A DNA stretch of 56,105 bases from Chitinophagales bacterium. GTDB lineage: Bacteria > Bacteroidota > Bacteroidia > Chitinophagales > BACL12. Below, in pieces: positions 51,084 to 56,105 of the stretch (within the stretch, counting starts at the first letter, position 1; every line of letters starts with the position of its first letter). The DNA is taken from NCBI GenBank assembly GCA_046160675.1, contig JBJXHH010000076.1:1-56105 (forward strand). Direction: 5' to 3'. Below the pieces are notes generated by a model. The model was not told the origin of the DNA and did no database searches. It worked only from the letters and a program-made list of their open reading frames with translations. Both the position numbers and the translations under genes were made by a program.

Positions 51084-52137
51084 GCAGGCAATTGAAGCTT
51101 TGATTGAAAATCAATTCGAGGTAGATGTTTTCACATCTGCTAATAAATGCGGATTTCTTTCTAATATCCCGAATGCAAGTTATAAATATTTCAATTATAC
51201 TTGGAGCAAAAACAAATACCTGACGCTGTTTTATTATATTTTTACTCAGGCAGTTATCTTTTTCAGGCTCTTTTTCAGTTTAAAAAAAGGAACAATCGTA
51301 TATATAAATACCGTACTGCCATTTGGGGCAGCTCTTGCTGGTTATTTTCGTTGTTGTAAAGTAATATACCACATACATGAAACATCAATTAAACCATATG
51401 CTTTGAAAAAAATCCTGTTTAGAATAGCTAAGCAAACTGCATCCGATGTACTATATGTTTCCAAGTTTGTGCACCAGGAGGAAAAAGTATCTGATGTAAA
51501 CACCCATGTTATTTATAATTGCTTATCTGATAGTTTTCTGGAAAAAGTAATAAGAAATGAAAATGCCCGGGAAAATAAAACTATTCTCATGCTATGTTCA
51601 TTAAAATTATATAAAGGTATTTATGAATTTGTCAAACTTGCAAGGGAATTACAATCTTATAAATTTCAACTTGTTTTGAATGCTGATATGAATGCAATTC
51701 AAATGTATTTTAAAGACACCCAGATTCCATTAAACTTGGAGATTTATCCTACAACTGAGGATGCTCATAAATTTTACACAAATGCATCTTTAGTGGTAAA
51801 TCTATCAAAACCAAAATTATGGAGGGAAACATTTGGTATGACAATTCTTGAAGCTATGTCTTTTGGGTTGCCAGTAATAGTTCCACCTGTTGGAGGTGTA
51901 ACTGAATTAGTAAAAAATGGCCGCAATGGGTATTACTGCGATAGCAGCAATATTACTCAATTGAAAGAATATATTATTTCAATTCTTGACGATCCTTCTT
52001 TATATGAAAGTATGTCATATGAAGCATATACATTGTCAACTCATTTTAGCGCAATAAGTTTTAAAAAACAATTGCTTAGTGTTTTTAATGTAGTAAGCCA
52101 GGTTCATAGTATACAATTAAACACAAAAGGAATTTAA
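51022..52137 (+). CDS. GT4 glycosyltransferase
   Basis: YHIHE, YKG, ETFGMTILEAMSFGLPVI, GGVTELV. Confidence 0.92.
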   Translation: MKKVCAVHLLNDYSGSPLVFRQAIEALIENQFEVDVFTSANKCGFLSNIPNASYKYFNYTWSKNKYLTLFYYIFTQAVIFFRLFFSLKKGTIVYINTVLPFGAALAGYFRCCKVIYHIHETSIKPYALKKILFRIAKQTASDVLYVSKFVHQEEKVSDVNTHVIYNCLSDSFLEKVIRNENARENKTILMLCSLKLYKGIYEFVKLARELQSYKFQLVLNADMNAIQMYFKDTQIPLNLEIYPTTEDAHKFYTNASLVVNLSKPKLWRETFGMTILEAMSFGLPVIVPPVGGVTELVKNGRNGYYCDSSNITQLKEYIISILDDPSLYESMSYEAYTLSTHFSAISFKKQLLSVFNVVSQVHSIQLNTKGI

Positions 52138-52169
52138 CCAAAATGGAACAAAATAAGACTATTATGCAT

Positions 52170-52272
52170 ATTAAATTTCTGGAATTTATTCCAATTTTTG
52201 GAATGCAACGCCCTATTTACTCTCTGAAACCACAAGGCCATAGGGAGTCAAAAAAATGGCATATATTTTTTA
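52170..52272 (+). promoter_or_regulatory. Candidate enhancer palindrome plus weak sigma-54 promoter
   Basis: Half site ending TGGAA at 52184, perfect TTCCAATTTTTGGAA 52189-52203, TGGCATATAT at 52257 (-24 good, -12 lacks GC). Confidence 0.5.
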
Positions 52273-52302
52273 TACATCTAAAAAGAACAATTAGTTGTTA
52301 AC

Positions 52303-53445
52303 ATGAAACGCATTGCAATTATAGGAACCGCAGGTGTGCCGGCGAGATACGGAGGGTTTGAAACCTTGGCAGAGCAGTTAGTAAATACGCTTTCTAATCA
52401 ATATTCTTTTATAGTATATTGTACAAAGTCACTTTATACAAAAGAAGAAAGATCAAAATCAAATAATGAAAATTTCAAACACTTGTATTTGCCATTACAG
52501 GCGAATGGGAAAAGTAGTATTTTGTATGATTTTGTATCAATGCTACATGCAATTTTTTATGCAGATATCTTGTTAGTATTGGGCGTTTCGGGTGCCATAC
52601 TATTTCCTGTTCTCAGGTTATTTACTAATAAAAAACTTATTGTAAATATTGATGGTATTGAATGGCGAAGAGACAAATGGAAAGGTATAGCTAAATGGTA
52701 TTTGAAGTTGAGCGAAAGGGTTGCTGTGAATTATGCGCATACCTGTATAGCAGATAATAAAGCCATTCAGGATTATGTTTTTGAAACTTATCACAAGAAT
52801 GCAATTCTTGCAGAATATGGTGCTGATCACACTATGCAACAACAATTCAGCGCCGAACTGAAAAGGAAATACCCATTCATATATTTACCCTACGCATTTG
52901 TTGTTTGCCGAATAGAACCTGAAAATAATACTCATTTAATATTAGAAGCATTTTCAAAAGACCCAACCAAACAATTAGTCATTGTTGGCAACTGGGAAAA
53001 TAGTTTGTATGGAAAAGCATTACTAGATAAATATTCTCAAACTTTAAACATCCATTTACTTGGCCCCATTTACGAACAGGTTACCCTAAATATGCTGCGC
53101 AGTAATTGTTTTGTTTATATACATGGCCACAGCGCCGGAGGTACAAATCCATCCTTAATTGAAGCAATGTATTTAGGGTTGCCCATACTTGCATTTGATG
53201 TAAGTTATAACAGGGAGTCAACGGAAAATAAGGCTCACTATTTTGAAAATGTGCAAACATTAACAACTCAGCTAAAAACATTACGATTAAATGATTTAAT
53301 GGAAAATGGAAAAAACATGAAAGAAATAGCTGACAGAAGATACAGGTGGGAAATTATAGCAGCAAAATATAATGACATGTTCACAACTGCCATTAAAAAG
53401 AAAAGAGAAAAAAAGTCATTGGTAATGCAAAACCAAATAGGTTAG
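52303..53445 (+). CDS. DUF1972-type GT4-like glycosyltransferase
   Basis: IIGTAGVPARYGGFET, NIDGIEWRRDKW, RIEPENN, HGHSAGGTNPSLIEAM. Confidence 0.9.
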   Translation: MKRIAIIGTAGVPARYGGFETLAEQLVNTLSNQYSFIVYCTKSLYTKEERSKSNNENFKHLYLPLQANGKSSILYDFVSMLHAIFYADILLVLGVSGAILFPVLRLFTNKKLIVNIDGIEWRRDKWKGIAKWYLKLSERVAVNYAHTCIADNKAIQDYVFETYHKNAILAEYGADHTMQQQFSAELKRKYPFIYLPYAFVVCRIEPENNTHLILEAFSKDPTKQLVIVGNWENSLYGKALLDKYSQTLNIHLLGPIYEQVTLNMLRSNCFVYIHGHSAGGTNPSLIEAMYLGLPILAFDVSYNRESTENKAHYFENVQTLTTQLKTLRLNDLMENGKNMKEIADRRYRWEIIAAKYNDMFTTAIKKKREKKSLVMQNQIG

Positions 53446-53477
53446 GAATTTATTAAAATGCACACAACACACACACT

Positions 53478-54590
53478 ATGAATTATATTTACTCAGCGTT
53501 AACCATTATTGCCCCCCTAATAATACTTTCTTTTATCGGTGTTCGGCTTTTGGTTCCCAAAATAATTGCTTACGCATTTAACAATAACCTAACTGATAAA
53601 CCTAATGACAGAAAAGTTCATCATAATGCAATTCCCAGGTTGGGAGGAATTGCATTCGGAGGCACCCTCCTACTTATTTTTACCGGTTATGTAATACTTG
53701 ATGGAAGCCTTGGTTCGTTAGCTACACTGATTGCTTTGAGTCTCATTTTTATTACCGGCCTTATGGATGATATTAAAGAAATAAAAGCAAAAAAGAAATT
53801 TGTAATTCAAATTGTAGCCGCAGTAATTATAGCATCAGAAGGAATCCGCATTACACATTTATGGGGCCTGTTTGGTATCAATGAACTCAGTATTTTCTAT
53901 CAATATGTAATAACCGTTATTATACTTGTAGGTATTACAAATTCTTTTAATTTAATTGATGGAATAGATGGCCTTGCTGCCGGAATTGGTTTGATAAATT
54001 CATTTGCACTGGGATGTATGGCTTTTTATGCCTCCTTCACGGAAATTGCAGTTCTGAATTTCACTTTGGCAGGAGGGCTTTTTGCTTTTTTGTTTTTCAA
54101 CTTCAACCCCGCAAAAATTTTTATGGGAGACAGCGGATCCACCCTCATTGGTTTTTTAATGGGTGTTTCTGCCTTATATCTTGCTACCCATCATGAAAGT
54201 TTTCAAACTATAAATGTACCCATTGCTATGTTTGGTATTTTATTATTGCCTGTCTTTGATACAATAAGAATTCTTGTTGAGCGAATAATAAGAGGCGTTT
54301 CGCCGTTCACTGCTGAAAAGAATCACATTCATCATCTGCTTTTAGAAACAGGGTTAAATCATAAGAAATCTTCCATTATTTTATACATATCGAATATTCT
54401 TATTATCATTTTCTCAATGTTTATTCAGCAGATTGTGAGCATGACGGATGCTATAATTTTAACCTTCACTTTTGGAATTTTACTTTTTGAGGCTTGTACA
54501 ATCAAAAACATCTTATATTCCAAAAAAACAAGGCTTAAAAACATGCTTAATTTAATTGAACTGGAAAGGGAAAATACACTTATAAAATAA
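53478..54590 (+). CDS. wecA: WecA/TagO-like undecaprenyl-phosphate HexNAc-1-phosphate transferase
   Basis: DKPNDRKVH..IPRLGG, GLMDD, NLIDGIDGLA, IFMGDSGS, HIHH. Confidence 0.88.
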   Translation: MNYIYSALTIIAPLIILSFIGVRLLVPKIIAYAFNNNLTDKPNDRKVHHNAIPRLGGIAFGGTLLLIFTGYVILDGSLGSLATLIALSLIFITGLMDDIKEIKAKKKFVIQIVAAVIIASEGIRITHLWGLFGINELSIFYQYVITVIILVGITNSFNLIDGIDGLAAGIGLINSFALGCMAFYASFTEIAVLNFTLAGGLFAFLFFNFNPAKIFMGDSGSTLIGFLMGVSALYLATHHESFQTINVPIAMFGILLLPVFDTIRILVERIIRGVSPFTAEKNHIHHLLLETGLNHKKSSIILYISNILIIIFSMFIQQIVSMTDAIILTFTFGILLFEACTIKNILYSKKTRLKNMLNLIELERENTLIK

Positions 54591-54599
54591 CACACACAT

Positions 54600-55088
54600 A
54601 TGAAAACAGAAATACTTTTAATTGACAAAAATGCTGATTTCTCTGAAAACATTGCATCCTTACTCTCTAACAATTTTACTAAGGATGTTCAGGTTTATAA
54701 TTCTCTTGAAGAAATGCCAGAGAAAAGTCCCGACGTAAAACGGATTGTTATTTATATTATGACTGTACCGCCGGACACAAACTATCATCATCAGCATATT
54801 GAAGAAAAAAGAAAGTCTCTGGCGTTTGATTATATTATAGTACTTACAAAAGAAAATACAATCAAGTCTGCTCTCAACTTTATAAAAGCAGGTGCAATTG
54901 ACTGCATTGAATTAGACGAAAAATTCTACGCAAAGCTAGATGATACATTAACAAATGTTTTTAAGTTCATGTCATTAAAGGAGAACATCAATACAATAGA
55001 CTCAAAATTGGATATCAGGTCAAGGCAACTAATTGGATCCATATCTCTAACCATTTTACTTATCACATTAGCATTTTTGATGTTTTAA
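54600..55088 (+). CDS. Degenerate receiver-like protein with C-terminal TM helix
   Basis: ILLIDKN and IIVLT...ALNFIKAGAIDCIE follow the REC pattern; phospho-Asp absent (IVIYIM); hydrophobic C-terminus. Confidence 0.6.
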   Translation: MKTEILLIDKNADFSENIASLLSNNFTKDVQVYNSLEEMPEKSPDVKRIVIYIMTVPPDTNYHHQHIEEKRKSLAFDYIIVLTKENTIKSALNFIKAGAIDCIELDEKFYAKLDDTLTNVFKFMSLKENINTIDSKLDIRSRQLIGSISLTILLITLAFLMF

Positions 55089-55459
55089 TTTTTATTGAAT
55101 GAAATAAACTAAGTTAAGGTTATTCCATAAATAATAAAGTGCATCACTTGTAAAATGATTAAGTATCTATAGTACTTAAAAGTTTGATGCATTGATATAT
55201 TCCATAAGCATAAATTTACATTTGGTTCATATTACAAACATGCATTGGATTCTTTTCTATTGAAAAAACTTTATTCATTGTGTTTCTCTTCTTGCCCTAT
55301 ATTTTATGGTAGAAAAATAAATAAATCATTACCTGCCATTCTTTTATAATTCAAAGACTTACAGAAGTCCTGTACAGATACAAATGCAACTTGGAAACTG
55401 AAGACAGAACATGGATTGCATTTATTTGTGTACTTTTAGTCATAAGAAATATTCTGTTT

Positions 55460-56105
55460 ATGAAAAAACCTTTTGCCATTTTCCTCTTCACGATAAGTGC
55501 ATTTCTTTTGCAGGCACAAAACATTGAATATAAAACAGATACCGCTGCCTTACAATCACTTGGAAAGGAATTCCTTAAATACAGGAATCAAAAAACATTT
55601 GCGGAAGACTTCTTACATCAAAGAAATCTACCATTTTCATTTTTAACTGCAGACAGCAGTTATGCAGAAATTAAATCACTGGAAAACGGTTTACCTGTTT
55701 TTTATACAACCGATAATGTAAACTCCTGTAAAACCATTTCTTCCAACCAGGTTTGGAGTGGAGGAACAGCAGGGCTTTCACTATCAGGAAATGGTATTTC
55801 ACTCCGTATCTGGGATGGCGGTTCAGTTTCTCTTTCTCACCAGGAAATTACAGGAAGGTCCACCCTGGGTTCCGGGCAGGATGCATCTGTGCATTATCAT
55901 GCGGCGCATGTGGCCGGAACTATGATTGCCTCAGGAGTGAACTCATCAGCAAAGGGGCATGCATATGATGCCGATCTTGTTAGTTTTGATTGGAACTTTG
56001 ATATTGAAGAAATTTCTGATGAAGTTGCAAACGGAATGTTGCTTTCAAATCATTCTTACGGAATTGCCGGTGGATGGGAAGGAACAATATGGTATGGTGA
56101 TCCTG
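55460..56105 (+). CDS. S8 subtilisin-like serine peptidase (partial, runs off the window)
   Basis: My translation: signal MKKPFAIFLFTISAFLLQAQ; IWDGG (Asp), HAAHVAGTM (His), SNHSYG; no stop before the window end. Confidence 0.9.
   Translation, partial: MKKPFAIFLFTISAFLLQAQNIEYKTDTAALQSLGKEFLKYRNQKTFAEDFLHQRNLPFSFLTADSSYAEIKSLENGLPVFYTTDNVNSCKTISSNQVWSGGTAGLSLSGNGISLRIWDGGSVSLSHQEITGRSTLGSGQDASVHYHAAHVAGTMIASGVNSSAKGHAYDADLVSFDWNFDIEEISDEVANGMLLSNHSYGIAGGWEGTIWYGDP

Noticed and set aside
124-55968. Many short alternative-frame or antisense ORFs in the track (e.g. 124-339, 2548-2994, 11411-11830, 25088-25561, 28613-29005, 55753-55968)
   Set aside because: They overlap well-supported genes and show no recognisable motifs; treated as shadow ORFs

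Overview
Chromosomal window from an AT-rich Bacteroidota bacterium, inferred from TAnnTTTG promoter boxes, T9SS sorting domains and a dcw order lacking murF/ddl. It has four blocks. (1) 0-9.2 kb: accD, yjbQ, lpdA and a hutG-like gene, then three tandem paralogous T9SS-secreted proteins whose N-terminal domain aligns by eye with iodothyronine deiodinases (Cys in place of Sec). (2) 9.3-25 kb: a complete dcw cluster (mraZ to ftsZ) with a 10-bp-periodic MraZ operator. (3) 25.2-30.4 kb: an SOS-like cassette with an HTH/S24 repressor, a TcmP-like methyltransferase, a DUF5131 three-Cys protein and DinB, plus a divergent PA0069-type radical SAM gene and three GTCA-N7-TGAC palindromes. (4) 30.6-56.1 kb: a giant PKD/T9SS type-B protein divergent from a Wzx/Wzy polysaccharide locus. 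That locus has a sigma-54 activator, a free Hpt, a receiver-Wza fusion, a degenerate Wzc, a kinase-nucleotidyltransferase-NMP kinase triple fusion and a membrane-anchored pseudo-receiver. TTCCA-N5-TGGAA palindromes and (AC)n tracts just before six start codons recur in this block. All calls come from reading motifs by eye; no database searches were run.
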